The position numbers and the translations under genes were made by a program. Shown in pieces: positions 28,421 to 38,259 of a stretch of 64,000 bases of DNA. The notes under the pieces were generated by a model. That model did not search any database, was not told the origin of the DNA, and was given only the letters and a program-made list of their open reading frames with translations. The DNA comes from an uncultured Candidatus Saccharibacteria bacterium (GTDB taxonomy: Bacteria > Patescibacteriota > Dojkabacteria > SC72): assembly GCA_964405015.1 (NCBI GenBank), contig CAYOME010000002.1:68174-132173 (forward strand). The letters are read 5' to 3'. Position 1 is the first letter of the stretch. Every line of letters begins with the position of its first letter.

Positions 28421-29648
28421 TTTTTTGCATCCTTGCAGATATTACTCCGGTACTCCAGCAGATCTGAAGGTTGTACCCACCTGTTGGGCCGTAAACATCA
28501 ATAATTTCCCCTGCGAAGTAAAGATTTGGGACAAGTTTAGATTGCAAAGTCTTAGGATCTATTTCTTTTATATCTACTCCTCCCGCAGTTACAATCGCTT
28601 TATCCCACGACCCTATCTCTTTTACCGCTATTCTAAAATCCTTTAACAGCATGAGAATCTTTTTCCTTTCATCTTTGTTAATCTCAAAACCCTGTCTAGA
28701 AGAAGGTATTTGAGTTAATTCTATTACGGTTGGAATTAATGAAGAGGGTAAGAAACTTTTTAAAATGCTTCTCAAATTCTTCTTACTGTTGACCTTTAAC
28801 TCTTCTTGCAATCTTGAATCTAATTCTTCTAATGAAATTGCTGGTTTAAAATCTATACTCATCCAAACATCTCCCTTTTCTAATGCATCCCCAACTATTC
28901 GTGACATATCAATTACAATGGGACCACTTAAACCTTCATGAGTAAAAAGTGCTTCTCCAAATTTGCTTACAATTCTTTTCTCATTTTGTAATGCTGTGAT
29001 TCTTACATACTTCAATGACAAACCTGCAAGATCTTTTACCCAGTTTTCTTTACAAACGATGGGAACTAGAGCTGGTTTCGGTTCAATTATTGTGTGTCCT
29101 ACACTTTTTGCTAATGAATATCCATCACCATTTGATCCGGTTTCTGGATATGATTTTCCACCAGTAGCTAATATATATCTTTTTGCTTTAAATTCACCCT
29201 TGTAAGTGTTTACCGAAACAATTTCTCCATTCTCAATTTTGAAATTTAAAACAGAAGTATTAGGAAGAATATGCTCATTAAGTAGATTCATGAATGAATA
29301 TACTATATCCAAAGCCTTGTCACTTTTTGGAAAAACTCTTTTACCCCTTTCTACCTTTAACGGTACTTTCAATATATCTTCAAAGTAAATAAGCGTATCT
29401 TCTACAGAAAATCTTGAAAAAGCACCATACAAGAATTTTCCATTCCTTTGATATTTTGAGACAAGATCATCCAAATCAAGATTGTAATTTGTTACATTGC
29501 ATCGACCTTTCCCTGTTATCAAGATCTTTTTACCTGGACGTGGGTTCCTTTCAATTATCAAAAATGAAAGACCTTGTCTTAAACATTCTACACCAGCAAT
29601 TAAACCAGCCGCACCACCACCGATAATTATGACATCAAATTCCTTCAT
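28404..29648 (-). CDS. FAD-dependent oxidoreductase, HI0933/BaiN-like flavoprotein family
   Basis: MKEFDVIIIGGGAAGLIAG dinucleotide-binding N-terminus. ...ITGKGRCNVTN is diagnostic of the HI0933-like family. GEIIDVYGPTGGYNLQ near the C-terminus. Confidence 0.65.
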   Translation of the reverse strand: MKEFDVIIIGGGAAGLIAGVECLRQGLSFLIIERNPRPGKKILITGKGRCNVTNYNLDLDDLVSKYQRNGKFLYGAFSRFSVEDTLIYFEDILKVPLKVERGKRVFPKSDKALDIVYSFMNLLNEHILPNTSVLNFKIENGEIVSVNTYKGEFKAKRYILATGGKSYPETGSNGDGYSLAKSVGHTIIEPKPALVPIVCKENWVKDLAGLSLKYVRITALQNEKRIVSKFGEALFTHEGLSGPIVIDMSRIVGDALEKGDVWMSIDFKPAISLEELDSRLQEELKVNSKKNLRSILKSFLPSSLIPTVIELTQIPSSRQGFEINKDERKKILMLLKDFRIAVKEIGSWDKAIVTAGGVDIKEIDPKTLQSKLVPNLYFAGEIIDVYGPTGGYNLQICWSTGVISARMQKTYPGQ

Positions 29649-29664
29649 ATATGCCCATTATACA

Positions 29665-29725
29665 GTAGACTAGAGTCTACTAGAATGGCTATGTTGCAAG
29701 GTGGGAGCGGTGACCTGGGTATGGT
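29665..29725 (+). repeat. Conserved intergenic element, copy C
   Basis: AGTAGACTAGAGTCTAC-(31 nt)-GTGACCTGGGTATGG between the divergent flavoprotein and ndk genes. Confidence 0.6.
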
Positions 29726-29753
29726 AAAATATGTAATTAATTTGAGGTATTGT

Positions 29754-30356
29754 ATGGTAATGATATCTAAGAATAAAGAGAAGTCTTTAGTAGTTTTTAA
29801 ACCTGATGTAGTTCAGAGGCAAATAGTTGGAGAATTAATCTCAAGGTTTGAAAGAAAAGGTTTCAAGATCGTGGGAATGAAAATGCTTGTTCCAAGCAGG
29901 GAACTCGTTGGTAAGCACTATGAAGATAAGAAGGAATACCTAATTGAGACTGGGGAAAAAGCAAAGAAAGGAGCTATTGCAAGAGGTGAGGATGTAAGTA
30001 ATTGGGACTCATTAACTAGGGAACAATGGATCCGGGAATCAAATATTAACTATCTTACTTGTGGTCCAGTTATTGCCCTTGTTCTCGAGGGGTTTGGAGT
30101 TGTAGCTGGAGTAAGGAAAATGTTGGGTAGCACTAGTCCTGCAGATGGAGATGTTGGAACAATTAGAGCGGATTTTTCTCTTGATTCTTTCGCATTGGCT
30201 GATGAACAAGGGAGGGTAACTAGAAGCATGGTTCATGCATCAGATAGTGTGGAGAATGCAGAAAAAGAAATAGGGCTTTGGTTTAATGCTACTGAAATTT
30301 CAGAATATGAAACCGCAGCAGAAAAGATATTCTATGATGTAGGGTGGAGTAATTAA
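29754..30356 (+). CDS. ndk: Nucleoside diphosphate kinase with a ~55-aa internal insertion
   Basis: SLVVFKPDVVQRQIVGELISRFERKGFKIVGMKM and a C-terminal ...NMVHASDSVENAEKEIGLWF (catalytic His). The track ORF starts at 29685, but that extension lies inside the repeat element. ATG 29754/29760 is the likelier start. Confidence 0.7.
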   Translation: MVMISKNKEKSLVVFKPDVVQRQIVGELISRFERKGFKIVGMKMLVPSRELVGKHYEDKKEYLIETGEKAKKGAIARGEDVSNWDSLTREQWIRESNINYLTCGPVIALVLEGFGVVAGVRKMLGSTSPADGDVGTIRADFSLDSFALADEQGRVTRSMVHASDSVENAEKEIGLWFNATEISEYETAAEKIFYDVGWSN

Positions 30357-31006
30357 AGCTTAAGAATATCTTCTACAATTAATCGTTTTTTCTCACTCAA
30401 ATTAGAATCTTTCTTTTCGATCTCTACTTCCTGAATAGAGATTTCTCCATCAAAAAATTTCTTTAATCTTTCGAAATCTTTCTCGAGAATATCTTTCAAT
30501 GTAGGATTGTAAAGTGCTACGGCAGGATGATACATTGCAAAAACTGGGATACCTGTACTATGTTTATATACCTGCCCATGAGCAGAAGATATTTTTAAAT
30601 CAGGAACAAACCTCTCAAGTGCATGTTTCCCAAGTGTAATGATAATCTTTGGTTTAATGAATAGAAGTTCAGCATTAAGCCATGTTCTACAAGCATCTTT
30701 TTCTTCAGGTAAGGGTTCTCTATTAGCAGGGGGTCTGTATTTAACAATATTTGTTACATACACATCCTCTCTTGAATATTTAACAATCTTTAGTAAGCTA
30801 TCAAGTAATTTCCCTGCAGCTCCTACAAAAGGTCTTCCTTCTTTATCCTCATTCATGCCAGGTGCTTCTCCAACAAAAACTATACCTGATTTTGGTATCT
30901 TCAATTCATATACAGGTTGTGTAGCAATATGCTTTAGTTTACAGCTGTTATGTAATGAAAAATATTCATGTATTTCTTTTAAACTATTAAAATCTTCAAT
31001 CCTCAT
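30353..31006 (-). CDS. Uracil-DNA glycosylase, family 4
   Basis: GIVFVGEAPGMNEDKEGRPFVGAAGKLL (GEAPG motif) and ...HPAVAL region. 4-nt overlap with ndk on the opposite strand. Confidence 0.7.
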   Translation of the reverse strand: MRIEDFNSLKEIHEYFSLHNSCKLKHIATQPVYELKIPKSGIVFVGEAPGMNEDKEGRPFVGAAGKLLDSLLKIVKYSREDVYVTNIVKYRPPANREPLPEEKDACRTWLNAELLFIKPKIIITLGKHALERFVPDLKISSAHGQVYKHSTGIPVFAMYHPAVALYNPTLKDILEKDFERLKKFFDGEISIQEVEIEKKDSNLSEKKRLIVEDILKL

Positions 31007-31061
31007 ATCATCATTATATCAACGAATGAAGAATTCCATACTATATACATTGGAAATTGAT

Positions 31062-34000
31062 TTACGCTCTTTCTACTTTAAGTCTAGTATTTATATATAT
31101 CTTACCCTTTGATTTGATAGTTGTCTTACCATCAATGATCCTAATGCTGTTATCAGCACTTTCAATTGCAAAATTACCGCTCTCATTGAGATCAAATGAA
31201 TATCTACCTTTTTCATCAGTGATTCTCTTTGCAACAATTTTTTCAAAATCTTTATCCTTAAGAACTAATGTAATGTTTGAAGCTGGAGTACCATTTGGAT
31301 ATGTTACTTTACCTAGTTTTTTACCCCTTCCACTAATACTTTTTATCAAGACAAAGACTGTAGGAATATACAAAAGAAGAAGTACTAGGTTAATGAGGTT
31401 TGATTCTTTGTTGTAGACATATATAGCAATGGTTAGGCCAAGTAGGAAGATTGCACAGTTAAGCAAAGGTAATATTAAGGATATCCCACTTCTTAAGACT
31501 GTTAATATTTTCTTTGTAGCTATATCTTCTTCAGGATCTAAAGGTATTACAATGTTTATTTCATTTTCTACTAATCGAACTTTTTCTCCATGGTAAACAT
31601 TTGAGAAAGGATAGTCTTCTTTTCCAAGGATTAATCTTGAAGGGAATTTGAAATCCCTTTTCTTAATATCAAGTATGTAATCCCCTGTATTTAGACCGAG
31701 ACGGAATTTACCTTGTCCGTCAGTAACGCTTGTATCTACTAATTTCTGGGAGAGATCATATACCCTAACGATAGCTTGTTGAAGGGGAGCTCTCGTAATA
31801 GAATCATATATATATCCAGCTGGTAATCTCTTCCTTCTAAATCCCAATGTACTTAATATATTTACAAATATTTGAGATATGGAATATCCTAATTGACCAA
31901 TATTTCCGAATATCGAGGCAAAACCAACAGATACTGTTACGGCTGTAGTCGTTGCAGCCACTGTTGTTAAATCTTCAGTCTGAATGTTTCCCAATGGCGT
32001 GTCATTTAAAGAATCTAAGGCTTTTGTTAAGGCACCTTCTACAGATTCTGTAATGTTCTTGAAAAGATTTGCACTGCTTGATGGAATATTCACTATTTCT
32101 TTTGATATCTCTTCTCCTTGTCCACCAGTACCACTTAGACCATCTGCGATCCAATACATAACCCCAGAGATACTAGCTTGAGATACGGTGACATTAGAAC
32201 CCTCAACTTCTTTTTTCTGAGGGAAATTACCAGTGTAAAGTATTCCATTTGGACAATCTTTGTTTACCTCTTCTAAGGAAATTGCTTCTGGACATATTCT
32301 AAATGCATTATCATTATCCTTTTTGATAACGTAGAGGGTAAATTTATCAGTTAATCCATGGGATTCATTTATCTTTACAACACTCTTACCCTCTTTAGGG
32401 GATGATTTAATTATTGCATTACTCCAATCTCTGTTGTCAGTGAATGAAATAGGGAGATCAGCAATTATATATTCTTCAGTAAGAACCCTTATCTTCTGTA
32501 CTCCAGTTTGTGCACCTTCCAGACTACTTACATCAATATCTGTATTGTCTAAAAGTATTGTGGATATATCTTCTGGTTTGTTTACAATGATAGAATATGT
32601 TTTCCCTGTATTACTCTCAATGTAGTTAGTTTCTACATTTGCTGAGTTAATAGCTTTAGCTCTAAAGGAATATTCAACACCTGGTTGGAGATTTCTAAAT
32701 ATTACTCCACTTGTATTGCCCCAAGAGGCATAGCTCCCCCAAACAGGAGTATCTACTAATGATTGAGTAGAGTAATCAAGATATTTTCCAGATATTTTAT
32801 CCTGTATTGCAAATTTAGTTGCGGTAGGGTTTAGGTTCCTATCAAACTTTATCCTTCCGGATGTACCTCCAACAATTTCAAAGGTTAAATCTTTTGGTGT
32901 ATTAGCCCATGTTGTAACTGAGATATCTTCTGACCAAGAAGAGTAGACCTCTTCGGAATTAATACTCCTTACTCTAAAATTGTATGTAGTATTTGGTGGT
33001 AAGGTATTTAGTTTAAATACCTGAGATATCCTTTCGTCAGTATGTATCACTGCAGTATTTGTAAGTGTTCCATCATTAGTAATATTCCCATTTGTATTTA
33101 TGTCTACTATTTGGTATCTGGTATTAGAAGGGTTATTATTTTTGTTTACAACTACCTCTATTGAAGAAGAGCTTATAACTCTAGCCGAAAGGGTTGTTGC
33201 ATTGGAAAGGGTATATGTACTTACAACTTGAGAACATTCAGTTTCAATATTGTTAATATTTTTTGCTTTTACACAGAATGAATATTGAGTATTAGGAGTG
33301 AGACCTTGAAGAGTAATACCTGTATTTCCCCCTATTTCTTCATATGTTTTCCAAAGAATTTCAGAAGAGAGTGTATTTGTTGAAGGTGTAACATATTTTC
33401 CACTCTTTGTTTCGGTAAGAGTATATAGAGTTGTATTTATATTTCCTTGGTTGTTAACTACAATTTTTAATGTTGTAGTATCAATTGCTTCAACAGATAC
33501 AATACTTGGTGCTTTTACTAAGGTTGTAAATGTTACTTCATTACTAAAGTTTGTATCCACTAAATCAATATTCTGAGCTTTGGCTCTAAATACGTATGTG
33601 CTGTTTGGAATTAAACCATATATTCTTTTACCTTCAAGTGAACCTAATTGAGTGTATGTGGAATAGTGGGGGGATTCTTGCAACAACTGTGTCTCGGAGT
33701 TAAAGTAAAGACCTGTATTTTTCTCCTCGATCAAATATTTTGTAGAAGAAGAGTTGTTTAAAGGATCTATTTGAATGTTTACACTCTCAGCATCAAAATC
33801 TTCTGATGTAATCTCTATTAAGGAAGGTACCTCTGCAAAGGTAGATGCAGAAACGGTATTAGAGAATGCACTCTCTGCAAGATTGTTGTAAATCTTGAAC
33901 TTTCTTACATATGTTGTATTTGGAATTAGTGAGTCTTCAGTACATGAAGTAATATCACTTCCTAAACATGTTTTAATCAAATCTCCATTTTCATTGTATA

Positions 34001-37000
34001 CCTTAATTCCTAATACTGAATCTGTATATGCAGAAATATTCCAAGTTATTTGATTCTTTGAATCAACTGTAGGAGTTAATGCCGATATTGATGACAGAGA
34101 AGATGTAGATGAAACGGTTGAGGAGTATGCAGTTTCAATATTTTCTGTATTTCTACCTTTTACTCTAAAGGTATATGTTGTACCCGATTGTAATCCCGTG
34201 ACTGTAATGGAAGGTGTAGCTCCTTCTAAATGCCCCCAGAAAGCAGTAGGTACCAATTCCCCTGTCGTTAGATTTACGTACATTCCTGTAAAAGTTTCTT
34301 GTATTAGTAATTCTGTTAGATTAGGGTTTGTCTCTTTATCAATACCTACAGTCATTTGTGTACTCCCAATTGTATTTACTGAAGAAATACTAGGTACTAC
34401 TGCTAGAGTATATGCATTTACTTCTGAAGAATATGCTGATTCCTCACCTGCGAAGTTTCTTGATTTTACTCTAAAGGTATATTGGGTATTTGGAGAAAGA
34501 TTAATAGCGACATCAGTAGTACTTTGTATCCAATCTTGAATTCCATTACTACAATTAATACTTACGCATTCAAAGAATATTCCAGAATCGCCAGAGGAGA
34601 GATTGTTTACTCCTGTACCACTTAAAGAAATCGATGTTGTTGAGAGTGGTCCTGCATTTAATACAGGTACTGAAGAATGTGTATATATTGTTAAATCAAA
34701 GGAATATGCTGTCTCCACCTGATCATTGTTTCTCGCTTTTACCCTAAATGTATATCCCGTATTGTTAGAAAGGCTTGTTACATTCGCAATGTTTGTTGTT
34801 GTCCAGGTATTAATATTTGTATCACATGAACCTTCACAATCGAAGTAAAGTTCTCCACCATTTACTGGTTGAGGTGCAGATATTGTAATCGAGTTTGATG
34901 TCTTTGTTCCTTGATATTGGATCTCTGGTACAGAGATTAATGTGTAAACAGAATCTGAATTTGATGCTTGGCTTTCAGCCTCTGAGTTGTAAGCTTTAAC
35001 ATATCGAGTATATTGTTTGTTTTCTAAAAGACCAGTCTCATCACAATATGTGAGGTTTTCTCCAACACATGTTTTAACAAGATTGTTTTCCTCATCATAT
35101 ATTCTAATACCATCTTCTCCATTCGCATTATCTGTAAATGACCACCGAATTGATGTAGTTGAAAGACCAGTACCTGAGAGGGTAGTAGGTGATACTGGAA
35201 TATCTAATGTTCTAAATGTATTTGTCGAAGACCAATTACTTACTGATCCACTACTATCCCAGAAGCGAATTCTCCAGTAGTAGGTTGTACCATTTGTAGT
35301 TATTGCTGTTCCAGCATATGGTATTTCTGGTGATCTTGAATTGCTTGGTATTGGTGTTACTGCAGTTTGATTTGAATCCCACATTACGGTACCAGTGAAT
35401 GTTGCATTACTGTTTACCTCTATCTCGTAATATGTTGCAGTATCTCCAGTATCAGAGTCATTAAAGATTGCACTAAATTCAGGAGTAATATCTGTAACTC
35501 TAGTTGGATTGGTTAATCCTTCAGTTTGAAGAGAAGTAGGTAGTCCTGGGGTGGTGTTCATACCAAAACTGCTAGTAGTAGACCAATCAGAAACAGTTCC
35601 ACTGTTATCCCAGAACCTAATTCTCCAGTAGTAAGTAATACCATTTAATGTAAGAGTAGTACCTGCGTATGATATATCTGAACTTCTAGCTCCAATGGCT
35701 ATTGGTGTAATTGCAGTTTGGTTGGAGTCCCACATGACAGTACCTGTAAATGTGTTGTTAGTATTAACCTCTATTTCGTAGTATGTTGCAGTATCTCCAG
35801 TATCAGAGTCATTAAAGATTGCACTAAATTCAGGAGTAGTATCTGTAACTCTAGTAGGATTGGTTAATCCCTCAGTTTGTAGAGAAGTAGGTAGTCCTGG
35901 GGTCGTATTCATCCTAAATGTTGCAGTAGAGGACCATCCTCCAACAGTTCCATAGCTATCAGTAAATCTAATTCTCCAGTAGTAAGTAGTACCGCTTAAT
36001 GTAAGAGCTGTTCCTGCATATGTAACAGCAGGAATTTGAGATCCAGAAGCAACTGGAGTGGAAGCAACTTGTCCTGTATCCCACATTATTGTGCCTGTGA
36101 AAGTGTTGTTGGTATTAACCTCAATTTCATAGTATGCCATATTATCGCTATCAGGATCAGAGTAGGTTGCCTTAAAATCGGGAGTGATATCTGTTAATCG
36201 AGTAGGGTTTGTTAGATCATTTACCAGAAGTGCCGAAGGTGTCGTAGGAGCTGTATTCATTTGGAAAGTTGATACAGTAGACCATGCTCCTACAGTTCCA
36301 TAGTTATCAGTAAATCTAATTCTCCAGTAGTAAGTAGTACCGCTTAATGTAAGTGCAGTACCTGCATATGAAATATCTGAACTTCTTGTCCCAATAGCTA
36401 TAGCTGTCATTGAAACTTGTCCAGTATCCCACATAACGGTACCCGTAAAGGTATTGTTAGTATTAACTTCAATTTCATAGTAGGTTGCAGTATTCCCTGA
36501 ATTGGGATCATTAAAAATAGCACTAAATTCTGGAGTAGTATCAGTTACTCCAACAGGATTTGTAGCACCTTCAGTTAGAAGAGATGTAGGAGCTGTTGGT
36601 GCTGTATTCATTGTAAAATTCGCAACTGCAGACCAAGTTCCTACTGCCCCATTATTATCCCAGAACCGAATTCTCCAGTAGTAAGTAGTACCGTTTAAAG
36701 TAAGAGCAGTACCAGCATATGAGATATCAGGACTTCTTGCTCCGATTGCTGTTGCGCTCATCGCTACTTGTCCAGAATCCCACATAACGGTACCAGTAAA
36801 GGTATTGTTGGTATTTACTTCTATTTCGTAGTAAGTGCCTGTATTTCCTGCGTTCCCATCATTAAAGATTGCACTAAATTCTGGAGTAGTATCAGTTACT
36901 CCAACAGGATTTGTAGCACCTTCGGCTAGAAGAGATGTAGGAGCTGTTGGTGCTGTATTTAATACTACAAAGTTTGCAGTAAACGAACCATCGGCAGTTA

Positions 37001-37616
37001 CATTTGTGTTTGTTCTTGGATTTGCTGTAGAGCCATCACTCCATTGGGAAAAAGCGTAACCTCCATTTGGTACTGCGGTTACTGCTGTACCACTACTACC
37101 TCTACAAATTGATTGAGAGGTAGTACCCGAAAGAGTACCTCCAGTACCTGCTGTGTATGTTAGTGTATATCTAAGAAGGTAGTATGTAAGCGTAGTTGTT
37201 CCACATTCCCCACAGTCATCATATCTTGTACATGAAGCAGTTGTCGTAGAGCAGCTTGTATTGGTTGCTGTATATCCAGTAGGTGTTACCGGAGTACAAC
37301 TATCACAAGCACCACAATCAGGCTCACAGTTATCACAGCAGTATCCTTGACCAGCATAGAATTCTGAAGAGTAACAATTATCGGCACCTTCATATCTACA
37401 TCCTCCAGGTCCAGTACATACTCCTAATGGTGAATTATACTCACATCCACTCGGACAAGTTTGTGCCTCTATTGGTGAGGATTTCGGAGTAACAAGAAAA
37501 ATGCTTAAAAAAGTTGCAACAAAAAGTACAAAAAGTGTAAATATGAAAAGAAAATTCTTCTTATTTTTAGTTCGAACTCTAATCATTATTTTTGTTACTT
37601 CCTTTTTTTCTTTCAC
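31062..37616 (-). CDS. Giant cell-surface protein (2184 aa): N-terminal anchor, Cys-rich module, >12 Fn3-like domains including 5 near-identical tandem copies, C-terminal TM + CarboxypepD_reg-like module
   Basis: N-terminal TM FLFIFTLFVLFVATFLSIFLV. A 20-Cys segment (CPSGCEYNSPLGVCTGPGGCRYEGADNCY...CCDNCEPDCGACDSCT). Repeated ...TYYWRIRF.D..G.VG.WS... Fn3 signature. C-terminal LGFRRKRLPAGYIYDSITRAPLQQAIVRVYD...GKEDYPFSNVYHGE...IVAKRITDEKGRYSF. Confidence 0.75.
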   Translation of the reverse strand: MKEKKEVTKIMIRVRTKNKKNFLFIFTLFVLFVATFLSIFLVTPKSSPIEAQTCPSGCEYNSPLGVCTGPGGCRYEGADNCYSSEFYAGQGYCCDNCEPDCGACDSCTPVTPTGYTATNTSCSTTTASCTRYDDCGECGTTTLTYYLLRYTLTYTAGTGGTLSGTTSQSICRGSSGTAVTAVPNGGYAFSQWSDGSTANPRTNTNVTADGSFTANFVVLNTAPTAPTSLLAEGATNPVGVTDTTPEFSAIFNDGNAGNTGTYYEIEVNTNNTFTGTVMWDSGQVAMSATAIGARSPDISYAGTALTLNGTTYYWRIRFWDNNGAVGTWSAVANFTMNTAPTAPTSLLTEGATNPVGVTDTTPEFSAIFNDPNSGNTATYYEIEVNTNNTFTGTVMWDTGQVSMTAIAIGTRSSDISYAGTALTLSGTTYYWRIRFTDNYGTVGAWSTVSTFQMNTAPTTPSALLVNDLTNPTRLTDITPDFKATYSDPDSDNMAYYEIEVNTNNTFTGTIMWDTGQVASTPVASGSQIPAVTYAGTALTLSGTTYYWRIRFTDSYGTVGGWSSTATFRMNTTPGLPTSLQTEGLTNPTRVTDTTPEFSAIFNDSDTGDTATYYEIEVNTNNTFTGTVMWDSNQTAITPIAIGARSSDISYAGTTLTLNGITYYWRIRFWDNSGTVSDWSTTSSFGMNTTPGLPTSLQTEGLTNPTRVTDITPEFSAIFNDSDTGDTATYYEIEVNSNATFTGTVMWDSNQTAVTPIPSNSRSPEIPYAGTAITTNGTTYYWRIRFWDSSGSVSNWSSTNTFRTLDIPVSPTTLSGTGLSTTSIRWSFTDNANGEDGIRIYDEENNLVKTCVGENLTYCDETGLLENKQYTRYVKAYNSEAESQASNSDSVYTLISVPEIQYQGTKTSNSITISAPQPVNGGELYFDCEGSCDTNINTWTTTNIANVTSLSNNTGYTFRVKARNNDQVETAYSFDLTIYTHSSVPVLNAGPLSTTSISLSGTGVNNLSSGDSGIFFECVSINCSNGIQDWIQSTTDVAINLSPNTQYTFRVKSRNFAGEESAYSSEVNAYTLAVVPSISSVNTIGSTQMTVGIDKETNPNLTELLIQETFTGMYVNLTTGELVPTAFWGHLEGATPSITVTGLQSGTTYTFRVKGRNTENIETAYSSTVSSTSSLSSISALTPTVDSKNQITWNISAYTDSVLGIKVYNENGDLIKTCLGSDITSCTEDSLIPNTTYVRKFKIYNNLAESAFSNTVSASTFAEVPSLIEITSEDFDAESVNIQIDPLNNSSSTKYLIEEKNTGLYFNSETQLLQESPHYSTYTQLGSLEGKRIYGLIPNSTYVFRAKAQNIDLVDTNFSNEVTFTTLVKAPSIVSVEAIDTTTLKIVVNNQGNINTTLYTLTETKSGKYVTPSTNTLSSEILWKTYEEIGGNTGITLQGLTPNTQYSFCVKAKNINNIETECSQVVSTYTLSNATTLSARVISSSSIEVVVNKNNNPSNTRYQIVDINTNGNITNDGTLTNTAVIHTDERISQVFKLNTLPPNTTYNFRVRSINSEEVYSSWSEDISVTTWANTPKDLTFEIVGGTSGRIKFDRNLNPTATKFAIQDKISGKYLDYSTQSLVDTPVWGSYASWGNTSGVIFRNLQPGVEYSFRAKAINSANVETNYIESNTGKTYSIIVNKPEDISTILLDNTDIDVSSLEGAQTGVQKIRVLTEEYIIADLPISFTDNRDWSNAIIKSSPKEGKSVVKINESHGLTDKFTLYVIKKDNDNAFRICPEAISLEEVNKDCPNGILYTGNFPQKKEVEGSNVTVSQASISGVMYWIADGLSGTGGQGEEISKEIVNIPSSSANLFKNITESVEGALTKALDSLNDTPLGNIQTEDLTTVAATTTAVTVSVGFASIFGNIGQLGYSISQIFVNILSTLGFRRKRLPAGYIYDSITRAPLQQAIVRVYDLSQKLVDTSVTDGQGKFRLGLNTGDYILDIKKRDFKFPSRLILGKEDYPFSNVYHGEKVRLVENEINIVIPLDPEEDIATKKILTVLRSGISLILPLLNCAIFLLGLTIAIYVYNKESNLINLVLLLLYIPTVFVLIKSISGRGKKLGKVTYPNGTPASNITLVLKDKDFEKIVAKRITDEKGRYSFDLNESGNFAIESADNSIRIIDGKTTIKSKGKIYINTRLKVERA
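35200..36960 (-). repeat. Five tandem ~349-351-bp near-identical repeats (116-117-aa Fn3 units) inside the giant gene
   Basis: The recurring DNA block ccagaaNNNaattctccagtagtaagtaNtacc appears at ~35272, 35621, 35971, 36321 and 36668. Protein units begin NTAPTAPTSLL / NTTPGLPTSLQ and end ...TYYWRIRF(W/T)D..G.V..WS....F.M. Confidence 0.85.
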
Positions 37617-38226
37617 TGTATGATCCTAAAAACCAACCCCCAAGAAGGAGCGCAGGAATCAATATTATTAAAAATATATATTTAATCTCGAATTTCTCAT
37701 CATCTACTTTCTGCTCATCATCTAAAGTGATCTTTGCATTCTCATCCTTAACTACAGAAAGTGCAAACAAATCTTCAATATCTTTTTCTCCAACCTTAAT
37801 CTTTATTTCATGGCTCCTCTCTTCTAAATTCTGAATACTAAAAAGTACAAACCAATTACCATTTTCATCAACAGTTGCAGAATACTCCTGATCTAATATA
37901 TATATTGAGATATTATCATTAGGATTACCAATTCCTGAGATTTTAACGGTATCTTGATTGTGAACTTCAATATCTCCATCTTCATTTAACTCTGCTTCCT
38001 CGTTATTTATTGCAACGTAATCCAAATTGGGATGCCTAGTAAATGCATCCTCTTCTGCAAGAAGTGGATTTACATTTAAAATGAGTAAAAATGCTGTAAT
38101 TATTAGAGAGAAGGAGCTTTTTATTATTTTTTGCATGAATATATTTATAAAATATATAGCTTGAATGTGGATTGGTACAACCCTTTCCACTACTAATATT
38201 AAAGCAGAATTGATTAAAGCTATCAA
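37579..38226 (-). CDS. Secreted/anchored hypothetical protein (N-terminal signal, C-terminal TM)
   Basis: SFSLIITAFLLILNVNPLLA signal-like segment and C-terminal IFLIILIPALLLGGWFLGSY helix. Immediately upstream of the giant surface-protein gene. Confidence 0.4.
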   Translation of the reverse strand: MIALINSALILVVERVVPIHIQAIYFINIFMQKIIKSSFSLIITAFLLILNVNPLLAEEDAFTRHPNLDYVAINNEEAELNEDGDIEVHNQDTVKISGIGNPNDNISIYILDQEYSATVDENGNWFVLFSIQNLEERSHEIKIKVGEKDIEDLFALSVVKDENAKITLDDEQKVDDEKFEIKYIFLIILIPALLLGGWFLGSYSERKKGSNKNND

Positions 38227-38259
38227 TGATATTTATCACCTAGGAACTATGAGACACTA

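Noticed and set aside
29685-29753. N-terminal 23 residues of the track ndk ORF (MAMLQGGSGDLGMVKYVINLRYC)
   Set aside because: These codons are the conserved intergenic repeat element (GTGACCTGGGTATGG...). NDK homology starts after the downstream Met.
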